Shown piece after piece: positions 1 through 9,461 of a DNA stretch of 64,000 nt. Below the pieces are notes generated by a model. The model ran no database searches. It was given only the letters and a program-made list of their open reading frames with translations, and had not been told where the DNA came from. The translations under genes and the position numbers were made by a program. Every line of letters starts with the position of its first letter. The first letter of the stretch is position 1. This DNA comes from a virus. The stretch lies in IMG/VR virus record IMGVR_UViG_3300045738_001221, positions 12,367 through 76,366 of that record; one strand, written 5' to 3'.

Positions 1-1367
1 AGTTAGGTCACTCTTTTTCTTCAGAAACTGATTCCGAGGTCATTCCTCATGCTATTTCAGAATGGGGCATCGAGGAAGCCATCAAAAGGCTAGGCGATGA
101 CTGTGGTGCATTTTTAGCGATAGACGATTCAGATCCAAACAAGATGTGGGCCTACTCAGACGGCGCTCCTCTCCTAATATCCGGTAGATATATTGCTAGC
201 GATATCAATGCGTTGTCAGGATACACCGATCAAGCGTATAGGATAATTCCCAAAAGACTTCTTGTGATCGAAAAAGACATGAAGACCAAAGACTTCAAAG
301 AAATGTGGCTTAATAATCTTGATCGTGACAATCCCATAAAAACTTTTGATATGAGAGAAAACGACAAGGGGCCATTTGAACACTACATGCTAAAGGAAAT
401 ACATGAGCAACCCAACTGCTTGAAAGATATGTCGGGACGCATGTGTCCTGCCTACATAACGGCTCCTAAATTGCAACGGGCCGTTATACTAGGCTGCGGG
501 ACAAGCTATTACGCAGGCTTACTTTTAAAGCGATATCTCAAGGAAACCCATTCAGTAGAAACCTCGGTAGACTATGCCAGTGAGTTTGAATATAATGGTA
601 TAGACGATGGCACATACTATATTGCAATAAGCCAGAGTGGAGAAACTAAAGATGTTATTAATTCCATTAAGGACATACCTGCCCACAGAGTAATAACCTT
701 TCACAATTCGCCCAACTCCACAATTACTAACTATTCAAAACATAATAATTACATTCAAGCCGGTCTAGAGATAGGTGTGGCGGCGACTAAAACCTTTACA
801 GCTAGCTGTATGAAGATGTGGCATTTTACGGAATGGCTTAAGGACGAGAGCTACCATAAAAACTACGAACTTGCAGAAGATGTTAATTCCGTAATCAACA
901 TGTCAGATACGATATTCCATATAGCAGAACAAGTTTATCAGTACGACAACTTCTTGATTTTAGGATCTAGATATCACTATCCAATTGCCCTAGAGACAGC
1001 TCTAAAGATAAAGGAGGTTGCATATGTCCACGCCGAGGCGATGCCAGCCGCAGAAATGAAGCATGGCCCTTTGGCGCTTGTGGATTCAATGATACCCTCC
1101 GTTGTTTTTTGTATGGAGGGAGATGCCCACCAAAGAATTAAACACAACATTGAAGAAATAAAGAGCCGAGAAGGAAAGGTCTTGGTGATAACCAACTTAG
1201 ATGACGTTGAAGCCGACTGGGTTATTAAAGTTCCAAAGAACAAACCCCCTTTGCAGCCCATTATTTCAGTAACGGCAGCGCAATTGCTTTCTTATCATAT
1301 AGCAACCCTCCGAGGATGCAACGTAGACAGACCAAGGAATTTGGCGAAATCAGTAACAGTTCTATGA
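1..1367 (+). CDS. glmS: glucosamine--fructose-6-phosphate aminotransferase (5' end outside window)
   Basis: Frame is open from nt 3 (LGHSFSSETDSEVIPH, glutaminase domain). SIS motifs GCGTSYYA, ISQSGET, VAATKTF, ALKIKE, EMKHGPLAL and C-terminal NVDRPRNLAKSVTV. Confidence 0.95.
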   Translation, partial: LGHSFSSETDSEVIPHAISEWGIEEAIKRLGDDCGAFLAIDDSDPNKMWAYSDGAPLLISGRYIASDINALSGYTDQAYRIIPKRLLVIEKDMKTKDFKEMWLNNLDRDNPIKTFDMRENDKGPFEHYMLKEIHEQPNCLKDMSGRMCPAYITAPKLQRAVILGCGTSYYAGLLLKRYLKETHSVETSVDYASEFEYNGIDDGTYYIAISQSGETKDVINSIKDIPAHRVITFHNSPNSTITNYSKHNNYIQAGLEIGVAATKTFTASCMKMWHFTEWLKDESYHKNYELAEDVNSVINMSDTIFHIAEQVYQYDNFLILGSRYHYPIALETALKIKEVAYVHAEAMPAAEMKHGPLALVDSMIPSVVFCMEGDAHQRIKHNIEEIKSREGKVLVITNLDDVEADWVIKVPKNKPPLQPIISVTAAQLLSYHIATLRGCNVDRPRNLAKSVTVL

Positions 1368-2173
1368 AAAATTTCAAAGAAGAATTTTTTAAAATGCTAT
1401 CTCTAGTTCAAGGGGGCACCCCTTTCGCCCTCTCTAGATTTTCTGATGGAGAGGTCACCGTACTTAAAAATAAAAGGCTTGTTCTCGCTGAAAATTATTT
1501 TATTCAGGGCGATGTTTATGGAGACAATGCAGTTCAAGCGCCAATACCCTACATGGAAGAGGAGAGAAAGGAATTTTGTCCAGACCAACATTCTTTTTAT
1601 CAAAAGAAACTTATAGAATCTTTCAAATTTAGAAAGAAGAATTACTTCAAGGGAATTCCCGGCACGAACGAGTGGGGTAGCGATTCTTTTCACTACTGCG
1701 TAGCTCTTTACGAAGAGGGAGACACAGAGCACCTTACATTTGCTAATGTTTTGATCAACGGGAATTACGATCTCTTTATGAAGACGATGGTTCCTCAATT
1801 CAAGAACAGAAATATAGTAATTGTATGCAACGAAAATGCTAACTTTGAGGACCTACCCTTTGACATTCAAAAAGACTTTAGGGTGGGATCAAATTGTATG
1901 ATAAATGACTATGCCCTTATAGATGAGATGAAAAATTACATCAGAGAAAATAACATTAAAAACCATGTGTTTCTCTTCTCGGCCGCGACCCTAAGTAATT
2001 TTTTAATATATGAACTGTATAAAGAGTTTGACGACAACCAATACATCGACATCGGCTCCGCCCTTTCACCCCTTCTCGGTTTGGAGGGCTGGCGAGGCAC
2101 GCGAGTTTATTTACGTTGTTACTGGGAGGGTGAAAATAATTCTATCATAAGGCAGGAAGATTCATGGGGCTAA
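1364..2173 (+). CDS. GT-D fold (DUF1792-like) glycosyltransferase
   Basis: LSRFSDGE and YIDIGSAL motifs; start ATG at 1364 overlaps the glmS stop (ATGA). Confidence 0.7.
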   Translation: MKNFKEEFFKMLSLVQGGTPFALSRFSDGEVTVLKNKRLVLAENYFIQGDVYGDNAVQAPIPYMEEERKEFCPDQHSFYQKKLIESFKFRKKNYFKGIPGTNEWGSDSFHYCVALYEEGDTEHLTFANVLINGNYDLFMKTMVPQFKNRNIVIVCNENANFEDLPFDIQKDFRVGSNCMINDYALIDEMKNYIRENNIKNHVFLFSAATLSNFLIYELYKEFDDNQYIDIGSALSPLLGLEGWRGTRVYLRCYWEGENNSIIRQEDSWG

Positions 2174-2544
2174 AATTAGTAGATTGCAGCAGAAAGTATT
2201 GGGATTTTGTAATGGAGCTTAGGAACGGCCTGAGAGAAGGGTTTGTTTGTCAAGGCTTAATTGAAAAAGAAGATCATTACAAATATATGGAAAAGTATTC
2301 TGATCATTATTACATATGTTTAGAGGGCGAGATACCCGTAGGCTGGGTAGGAAGTATAGACCAAGACATTCGAGTGGCTACACATCCTGACCACCAAAAA
2401 AAGGGGATCGGTAAATTTTTGATTAACGAGGTAATGGTTCGCCATCCAGATGCTTTTGCGAAGGTAAAATTAGATAACGAAGCTAGCATTAGACTGTTTG
2501 AATCCTGTGACTTTAAGAAAAAATATTATATCTTAGAAAAATGA
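2164..2544 (+). CDS. GNAT N-acetyltransferase
   Basis: HPDHQKKGIGK acetyl-CoA motif; NEASIRLFESCDF. Confidence 0.85.
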   Translation: MGLKLVDCSRKYWDFVMELRNGLREGFVCQGLIEKEDHYKYMEKYSDHYYICLEGEIPVGWVGSIDQDIRVATHPDHQKKGIGKFLINEVMVRHPDAFAKVKLDNEASIRLFESCDFKKKYYILEK

Positions 2545-3461
2545 ATTACGACGGAAAGGAAACATACTCTTGTCACCCTACAGTACTTAATAAATTATTC
2601 ATAGACTCTTTTGAGCAGCATAAAACGTTAAGAGATGCTGACCTTTTAAACCCACGTCTGGTTGGTCCGCGTAAGAACGGATGTTCCTGCAAGGATTGCA
2701 TAACGATAAACAGCTTTGATGATGATATATTTGTAGTAATTCAAGGCCACACAGAACACATAGCCGATATTTTACGAAGCTATGGCGGCTATAAAAATAT
2801 CATTTGGGCTTTAGACGATAAATGTTCTATTAAAGATTACGATATGATTAGTTCCCATTCGCAGATAAATACTTGCGTGGCTGATGTTGGTGATTTCGGT
2901 GGGTTCGGCAATGTAAATTTTCAAACAAGATCGACTGTCGCGGGTGTAAAATACGCTAAATCTTTAGGAGCAAAATATTGTATTAAAATACGTTCTGATA
3001 TGGCGTTCTTTCCCTTGCATAAATTTATTAATAGTATGAATTTTGATAAATTAGGATTTTTATACCACTCCGATTTTGGATATTTTGATTTTGATAAGCC
3101 AGACTATGGCGTCCATCAATACAAAAGGTCTTTTGTTGAGCATTACGAATTAGAGGATAATCACAACATATCTAACGATTACGTGTGTGATTTCTGTGTG
3201 ACTGGGCCAGTAGATGAGGTGATTGATTTTTTTGATTGGGAAGAATCGACCCTCGTCCCATCTATTGTAGAGTTCAAGCTACTGTGGCATTACATGTTGA
3301 GAAAGGGATACTACATGGACACCAGTAAAGAATCTTTGTTTGAAAAGTTTTATTTTTTTATTGATATGTTACAAAAACAACAAATAGACTTAGTATCGTT
3401 TAAGCATAATTATAAAAATCTTACGAACCATAAACGACCTCGTGGTTACCTGTATTCCTAA
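2541..3461 (+). CDS. WavE-like glycan biosynthesis protein
   Basis: VVIQG, NVNFQ..ST..G and KIRSD motifs resemble WavE; glycan-cluster context. Confidence 0.5.
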   Translation: MNYDGKETYSCHPTVLNKLFIDSFEQHKTLRDADLLNPRLVGPRKNGCSCKDCITINSFDDDIFVVIQGHTEHIADILRSYGGYKNIIWALDDKCSIKDYDMISSHSQINTCVADVGDFGGFGNVNFQTRSTVAGVKYAKSLGAKYCIKIRSDMAFFPLHKFINSMNFDKLGFLYHSDFGYFDFDKPDYGVHQYKRSFVEHYELEDNHNISNDYVCDFCVTGPVDEVIDFFDWEESTLVPSIVEFKLLWHYMLRKGYYMDTSKESLFEKFYFFIDMLQKQQIDLVSFKHNYKNLTNHKRPRGYLYS

Positions 3462-3484
3462 TATCACTGGAGTTCTCACTAAGT

Positions 3485-4096
3485 ATGCTTAGAAATCCAT
3501 TCCAAATAGTCAGATGGTTTGAGGAAGAAATAGCCCACTACGCAGGGGCCCCTTATGCCATAGCAACCGATAGCTGCACGAACGCCATCTTCCTATCCTG
3601 TAAACATTTAGGCGTAGACGGACACACAGTAACCATACCAAAGAGAACATACCTTTCTGTGCCACAATCAATTAGACAGGCTGACGGAATTTTACAGTTT
3701 GAAGATCTAGACTGGCAAGGAATTTATCAACTGAAACCATTCCCTATTTATGATGCGGCCAAAAGACTGACTTCCGATATGTACATACCCGGAAGCCTTA
3801 TGTGTCTATCTTTTCATTTCAAAAAGCATTTAAAAATTGGGAAAGGGGGAATGATTCTGACTGACGACGTAGTGGCACTCGAACGTATAAAAAGGATGCG
3901 GTACGAAGGAAGAACAGAAGGAATTTCTTATCATGAAGATATAATAGATGAGGAGGGATGGAATATGTACATGACTCCTGAGCAGGCAGCAAGAGGCCTA
4001 ATATTGCTGAGTAACTATCCAGAGCACGCAGAGGATCAAATTGAAAATCCTCCCTATAGAGACCTGACTGAATTCAATCTATTTAAAGGACTTTAA
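3485..4096 (+). CDS. compact DegT/DnrJ/EryC1/StrS sugar aminotransferase
   Basis: FEEEIAHY..AIATDSCTNA, YDAA, SFHFKKHLKIGKGGMILTDD (PLP lysine), GWNMYM. Confidence 0.85.
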   Translation: MLRNPFQIVRWFEEEIAHYAGAPYAIATDSCTNAIFLSCKHLGVDGHTVTIPKRTYLSVPQSIRQADGILQFEDLDWQGIYQLKPFPIYDAAKRLTSDMYIPGSLMCLSFHFKKHLKIGKGGMILTDDVVALERIKRMRYEGRTEGISYHEDIIDEEGWNMYMTPEQAARGLILLSNYPEHAEDQIENPPYRDLTEFNLFKGL

Positions 4097-4097
4097 A

Positions 4098-4901
4098 ATG
4101 AAGAAGTCCAATCCGAAGAAGAAGGTTTCCATAGACCTGAGCAACCGAAGAACCTTAGCCCAAAGTCTTAGCAATTCACTTCATGCCCTGCTCCAGCTCA
4201 ACATCGTGCAGGAAGACCAGCGTGCCATCAACGCGCAACCGATTATCTACCCGTTCCCGGCGGTTAGTCAGATTTATTCTAAGAGCAGATGGGATCAGCT
4301 TTCTGAAAAGCAGCAAGAGCAAAGGATAAATCTGAGCAACCGAAGAACCTTAGTCCAAAGTCTCAACACAAAAGATTATAAAACAGCGGTTGAAGTCGGA
4401 GTTAGGCTGGGATGGTTTAGTAAATATATTCTTGACCATACAAGCATGAAGGTATTTTGTATTGACCCTTGGGAAAATAATGCCCAACTTTCAAATGCTG
4501 AGAGTGCTTTAAGGGAGTGTTCAGAGAGGCTAGCTCCCTACGGAGAACGCGCGTCAATGGTAAAAGGTTATAGCCAGCAAGAAGCAGAAAAATTTTCAGA
4601 TGAAAGTATTGATTTCGTTTATATTGATGGCCTTCATGATTACGAGTCGGTCAAGGGAGACATTAATGGCTGGTGGAGCAAAGTGTCACAAGGAGGCATT
4701 CTCTCAGGGCATGATTTCAACAGGAGAAAGTGGAAAGGCGTTGTTGTTGCTGTAGAGGAATTTTGCAATGAAAATAATACAAATTGTTATTTAACTGGAA
4801 CTGTTGGAAATGCTATACAATCTTTTTCTGGAGATATAGATGAATATGATGGGGACGAACTTAGTTGGGTAATTATAAAAGGAGACAGTGATGTTGTCTA
4901 G
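4098..4901 (+). CDS. class I SAM-dependent methyltransferase (Methyltransf_24-like) with N-terminal in-frame insert
   Basis: VEVGVRLG, IDPW, IDFVYIDGLHDYESV, GGILSGHDF. Confidence 0.85.
   Translation: MKKSNPKKKVSIDLSNRRTLAQSLSNSLHALLQLNIVQEDQRAINAQPIIYPFPAVSQIYSKSRWDQLSEKQQEQRINLSNRRTLVQSLNTKDYKTAVEVGVRLGWFSKYILDHTSMKVFCIDPWENNAQLSNAESALRECSERLAPYGERASMVKGYSQQEAEKFSDESIDFVYIDGLHDYESVKGDINGWWSKVSQGGILSGHDFNRRKWKGVVVAVEEFCNENNTNCYLTGTVGNAIQSFSGDIDEYDGDELSWVIIKGDSDVV
4137..4363 (+). repeat. 32-bp direct repeat pair (4137-4168 and 4332-4363, 1 mismatch), 195-bp period
   Basis: ctgagcaaccgaagaaccttag(c/t)ccaaagtct occurs twice; protein reads LSNRRTL(A/V)QSL twice. Confidence 0.95.
4267..4330 (+). 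repeat. 64-bp dispersed repeat, copy 1 (copy 2 at 53439-53502)
   Basis: 62/64 identity by direct comparison; both copies read RWDQLSEKQQEQRIN. Confidence 0.95.
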
Positions 4902-5661
4902 AGAATGGCTTCAGAAAACTAAACTTTCAGAAATAAAAGAGATACCTCCAGAATGTAACAAGTTGTTTATAGACGTAGGGACTGCAATAGACGCCCCTAA
5001 TTCAGCAGCATGGATTTTTGACTATAAAGAAGCCTTTGTAATTGGAATAGAGCCAAGCCCTATCAATATGGAGATACTTAAGAAGGGTCGTCCCCATGTG
5101 GATAACTTACCGTACTTATGTCTGGACGCAGGGCATGCCGTATTAAATGATCAGAAGAAAGAGATAGGAGGCCGGTTTCAATTATTGGAATGTGCTATAG
5201 GCAATGTAGAAGACCCTACTCTTTTACCTTTCTACTTCACAAACGAAATAAACACAGGATGTTCAAGTTTACTAAAACCCACTATTAAGTTGGATCTAAT
5301 CTTCGGCACTTCTTGTGTCGATAAGGTTTGTAATGTTCCAGTGATTTCGCTAAAAGATGTTTTAGATAATATTCCTTTTAAAGAATTTGGATATGTTACT
5401 TATCTAAAAACTGATTGTCAAGGAACTGACCTAGAGGTAGTCAAAAGCTGCAAAAAATACTTGAAGAGCGTGCTATTAATTCAAATGGAAGTTCAGACAG
5501 GCGGACAATACGAAAAAGAACAAAGTATAGAAGATATAGATTCTTTCATGCGGTCTGCTGGATTTGTCCAGAAAGCCGAGCACCCTTATGACCGAGTCTA
5601 TATCAATGAAGACCTTGCAAGATCTGTAGAAGTCCCAGAAGTGAGATTCATATCAACATAA
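4888..5661 (+). CDS. FkbM family methyltransferase
   Basis: FIDVG, IGIEP, TGCSSLL, YLKTDCQGTDLEVVKS. Confidence 0.8.
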   Translation: MMLSREWLQKTKLSEIKEIPPECNKLFIDVGTAIDAPNSAAWIFDYKEAFVIGIEPSPINMEILKKGRPHVDNLPYLCLDAGHAVLNDQKKEIGGRFQLLECAIGNVEDPTLLPFYFTNEINTGCSSLLKPTIKLDLIFGTSCVDKVCNVPVISLKDVLDNIPFKEFGYVTYLKTDCQGTDLEVVKSCKKYLKSVLLIQMEVQTGGQYEKEQSIEDIDSFMRSAGFVQKAEHPYDRVYINEDLARSVEVPEVRFIST

Positions 5662-5662
5662 T

Positions 5663-6541
5663 ATGATTACATTTTACGAGCTTGGAAGTCTAGGTAGACT
5701 AGGGAACCAACTATTTCAATATGCTGCACTACGAGGACTTGGCCTAAAGAGGGGGTATGAAACTAAAATACCCGACCCCAGCAAACGACAATGGCACGGA
5801 CAGGAGTGTTTGCTAGGCAACTTTAACATCCAGTCTCCTTATCTGGATGACAATGAAGAAGATTTGTTGCAAATACATAATATGTATTCTGAGCCAAATT
5901 CTATGGTTTTTGATGATGGTTTTTTTAATATTCCAGATAACACTAACCTTACGGGGTTCTTTCAAAGTATTTACTATTTTAAAGACCAACAAGAAGAGAT
6001 AAAAAAAGAGCTTACTCCTAAAGATTGTCATTTAAAGAAGGCTACTGAAGAGTTTTTGAAACTAAAAGAGAAATTCCCTGAGCATGAGATCGTTTCACTT
6101 CACGTTAGACGGGGGGATAATACAGACAACGTAGACCCAAACCAATATTCTTTGAGCGAGTACTACAGTCCTAGTGGGTTATATCATCAGTATTTAGGAC
6201 AAGCGTTTGAATCCTTTGAAGGTCGTAAGGTCAGGTACTTGGTATTTACAGGTGGCAAGCGTGGTAGTGAAGACAATGTTAGCGATATTGAATGGGCAAA
6301 AGACAGCTTCAGAGGAGATGAGTTTATTTTTTCTGAAGGCAGAAGTCCTTTGGAAGATTTTTGTTTAATCATGAAATGCAATCATCATATTGTATCTCCT
6401 TCCAGTACTTTCGGTTGGTGGGCAGCTTACTTAGTAACAAGAAAAGAAAAAATTATAATTGCACCTCTTAAATATCAACCGGAACTGGTAGATATAAATT
6501 ATAGGCCCGGTTTTTATCCAGAGGAGTGGAAACTATTATGA
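5663..6541 (+). CDS. alpha-1,2-fucosyltransferase-like (GT11)
   Basis: GRLGNQLFQYA, GFFQS..YF, HVRRGD, STFGWWAAYL. Confidence 0.9.
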   Translation: MITFYELGSLGRLGNQLFQYAALRGLGLKRGYETKIPDPSKRQWHGQECLLGNFNIQSPYLDDNEEDLLQIHNMYSEPNSMVFDDGFFNIPDNTNLTGFFQSIYYFKDQQEEIKKELTPKDCHLKKATEEFLKLKEKFPEHEIVSLHVRRGDNTDNVDPNQYSLSEYYSPSGLYHQYLGQAFESFEGRKVRYLVFTGGKRGSEDNVSDIEWAKDSFRGDEFIFSEGRSPLEDFCLIMKCNHHIVSPSSTFGWWAAYLVTRKEKIIIAPLKYQPELVDINYRPGFYPEEWKLL

Positions 6542-7479
6542 AAATTGTATCTGACATGAGTGGAGACTACGCAGATGGGGTCACCGCTAATCTGAAACTA
6601 GAATATCTTTCTGAAGACAATAGTGAGGAGGTATTGTTCTGCGGCTATAACTCTATAATGAATTCTGATCTTCAAGAAAAGTATTCTTCGTACAAGAGAA
6701 AAGTGCTATTAAACCTATGGACTCCTACTGATTTTTTACTTATTGGAGATGACAGAGGAAGAAACGCTATCGAACAGCCAAGCTTTTTTGATGAAATTTA
6801 TACTATCTGTCCTTATACGATTGACTGGCACCACAGACACCACGGAGACAATAGGTATAAATATATTTTTCATCCCTTTGATGGAAGCCATGTGCCAGTG
6901 GACTACGAGAAAGATGCAGATGTCTGTTATTTTGGAGGAATTCATGGGAATGACCACTTAGAGATGATAGAGGGGATGAGGGGATTTAATTACCGCGTAA
7001 TTTCTATGCTCAACAACCGTTTTGTAACTCATCATAATATTCCTCACCATGAAAAATTAAACGTAGTGGCAAAGACTAAGATAAGTTTATGCGTAAACCT
7101 GCTGCCCTTAGAACCTAAGCATGTTTTGTATCTCACAAATTACGACGCATGGGATAAAAATGTTGCGTTTAGGTCTTGTGAGCAGGGATTAATTCCCCAA
7201 TATAAATGTAGGGCCGCAGAAGCTGCTTTTTGTAAAAGCTTACTGCTTGTTAAAAGAGATCCTTGGAATCTAATAGAACACTATTTTGTTCCTGATGAAG
7301 AGTTTATTTACTATAGTGATACGCAAGACTTGAAAGAAAAAATATTTTATATAATAAATAATTATGACCAATTCCAAGTAATGATAGAGAAAGCATATAA
7401 GCGATCTTTGAACTACACATCAAAACCCTTGGTTGATATAATCAAGAGCAAAAAAGAATGGAGACCTTTAAATGTATGA
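6538..7479 (+). CDS. glycosyltransferase (GT-B, Glyco_trans_1_2-like)
   Basis: DVCYFGG, KISLCVN, R..EAAFCKSLLL, IEHYFVPDEEFIYY. Confidence 0.7.
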   Translation: MKIVSDMSGDYADGVTANLKLEYLSEDNSEEVLFCGYNSIMNSDLQEKYSSYKRKVLLNLWTPTDFLLIGDDRGRNAIEQPSFFDEIYTICPYTIDWHHRHHGDNRYKYIFHPFDGSHVPVDYEKDADVCYFGGIHGNDHLEMIEGMRGFNYRVISMLNNRFVTHHNIPHHEKLNVVAKTKISLCVNLLPLEPKHVLYLTNYDAWDKNVAFRSCEQGLIPQYKCRAAEAAFCKSLLLVKRDPWNLIEHYFVPDEEFIYYSDTQDLKEKIFYIINNYDQFQVMIEKAYKRSLNYTSKPLVDIIKSKKEWRPLNV

Positions 7480-8419
7480 TGTTGAAAATAAAAATATTTT
7501 AATAACTGGGGGCACCGGCTTTGTGGGGAAGAATATTGTTCCCCTTTTGGAAAAAGAAGGAGCCAACGTAACAGCAACGGGCAGAGATTACGACTTGTCA
7601 GTTTTTTCCGAGAGTGAAAAGCTCTTTACCTTAAAAAAATATGATTTGATTATTCACGCTGCTGCCTTTCAGGGCGCTGGGGATTTTCCTTTACGATATC
7701 CGGCCGACCAGTTTATGATTAATAACCTTATTCATACTCACGCTCTCCATATGTGGAAGGAACATCAGTCGCAAGCGACCTTTGTAGGGATTGGCTCTAC
7801 TTGTTCATACCCCGGAAATCTGGCTGTTCTTAGAGAAGAGGATTATTTTACAGGCCCATTGCATGAGTCGGTTGAAACATATGGGCTGACTAAGTGTGTG
7901 CTGCAAAAAGGTATCGAAGCCTATAAGAAACAATATGGTTTAAAAGGCACGACCGTGGTATTTGCTACATTATATGGTCCACACGATGAATTTGATCTGG
8001 AAAAGAGTCATGTCGTATCCGCTTTGGTAAAGAAATTCTGCGATGCAAAACAGTTCGACTTACCAGAGGTTGAGATCTGGGGCGATGGCACCCAAACAAG
8101 AGAGCTTATCTATGTAGAAGATCAAATTAAGGGACTTTTGGCTACTTGTGAATATGAAGGCGATCTTATAAATATTGGAACGGGAATTGAAACCACCATT
8201 AGAGACTTGGCGGAAACAATAAGTAACCTGACTGGTTTCGCAGGGAGTATAATTTATAATACAGACAAATTTGTAGGCGTTAAAAGAAAAGTGTTAGACG
8301 TTTCTAAAGCTGAAAGTTTATACGGGTGGACAACAAAAGAGGGTTACGTCTTGATACCGCTAGAAGATGGGCTTGAACGTACTATCACATGGTATAGACG
8401 CAACTATCTGGAGAAATAA
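7472..8419 (+). CDS. NAD-dependent epimerase/reductase, GDP-fucose synthase-like
   Basis: ITGGTGFVG, STCSYP, YGLTK, LYGPHDEF, SHVVSALV, IWGDGTQTRE. Confidence 0.88.
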   Translation: MYDVENKNILITGGTGFVGKNIVPLLEKEGANVTATGRDYDLSVFSESEKLFTLKKYDLIIHAAAFQGAGDFPLRYPADQFMINNLIHTHALHMWKEHQSQATFVGIGSTCSYPGNLAVLREEDYFTGPLHESVETYGLTKCVLQKGIEAYKKQYGLKGTTVVFATLYGPHDEFDLEKSHVVSALVKKFCDAKQFDLPEVEIWGDGTQTRELIYVEDQIKGLLATCEYEGDLINIGTGIETTIRDLAETISNLTGFAGSIIYNTDKFVGVKRKVLDVSKAESLYGWTTKEGYVLIPLEDGLERTITWYRRNYLEK

Positions 8420-8448
8420 ACAAACCCAAATTACTGGGAAAATAAAAC

Positions 8449-9405
8449 ATGCCGAATATTAACAAAAACGATACAATAGTTGTTACCGGGGGAACCGGGT
8501 TCTTGGGTCGCGCAGTAGTTTCCAAGCTATCAGAGGAGGGGTATACGAACGTAGTGCCTCTTGGTTCATCTGACTATGATCTTAGAAAATTTGACTCGGT
8601 AGAAGCTATGTATAACCATAGGCAGCCTGATGTTATAATTCATTTAGCAGCAACGGTGGGCGGCATAGGTGCAAATAAAAAAAACCCCGGAAGATTCATG
8701 TATGAAAATCTTATAATGGGGGCCAATCTAATTGAGGCTGGAAGGCATGAAGATTTAAAGAAGTTTATTATGGTAGGGACTGTGTGTGCTTATCCTAAAT
8801 TTACTCCAGTTCCTTTTGAAGAAAAAGATATTTGGAATGGCTATCCAGAGGAAACAAATGCACCTTACGGAATAGCTAAAAAGACCTTGATGCAATTAAT
8901 CATTTCCTACAAGGAGCAATATGGCTTTAACGGCATCAATCTAATTCCAGTGAATATGTATGGGCCACATGATAATTTTGACCCTGAGATAAGCCACGTT
9001 ATACCTGCTCTTATCCTTAAATTCCATCAGGCAACCCTCTCCGATTTGCATTCTCCAATGAACATCTGGGGAACTGGGTCTGCCAGTCGAGAATTTCTGT
9101 ATTCGGAAGATTGCGCAGAGGCCATAGCGTCCTCCATGTTGATTCATAATGACCCCCAGCCAGTCAATATTGGAACTGGCGTGGAGATTACTATTAAAAA
9201 CTTGGCGCATTTGATAGCTGATAAAATGGGTTACAAAGGACATATGATATTTGATACCACCAAACCAGATGGACAGCCCCGTAGATGTTTAAACACAGAC
9301 AGGGCTAGGCGGGAGTTTGGTTTCGTTGCTAAAATATCATTTGAAGAAGGCATAGAAAAAACTATAAAATGGTTTAGAAAAAACTATGACGGTAGATATG
9401 ATTAA
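8449..9405 (+). CDS. fcl: GDP-L-fucose synthase
   Basis: TGGTGFLG, HLAATVGGIGAN, TVCAYP, YGIAKK, SHVIPALI, WGTGSASREFLY, KPDGQPRR. Confidence 0.9.
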   Translation: MPNINKNDTIVVTGGTGFLGRAVVSKLSEEGYTNVVPLGSSDYDLRKFDSVEAMYNHRQPDVIIHLAATVGGIGANKKNPGRFMYENLIMGANLIEAGRHEDLKKFIMVGTVCAYPKFTPVPFEEKDIWNGYPEETNAPYGIAKKTLMQLIISYKEQYGFNGINLIPVNMYGPHDNFDPEISHVIPALILKFHQATLSDLHSPMNIWGTGSASREFLYSEDCAEAIASSMLIHNDPQPVNIGTGVEITIKNLAHLIADKMGYKGHMIFDTTKPDGQPRRCLNTDRARREFGFVAKISFEEGIEKTIKWFRKNYDGRYD

Positions 9406-9461
9406 GTTAGGTTTTTTGGTTGGCAATTTGTGGCCCTCAATTAGGATATTATATTAGCAAA

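Noticed and set aside
4137-4363. CRISPR mini-array (32-bp repeats with a self-matching spacer)
   Set aside because: Only two repeats, a 163-bp spacer, a non-palindromic repeat that is coding sequence, and no cas operon.
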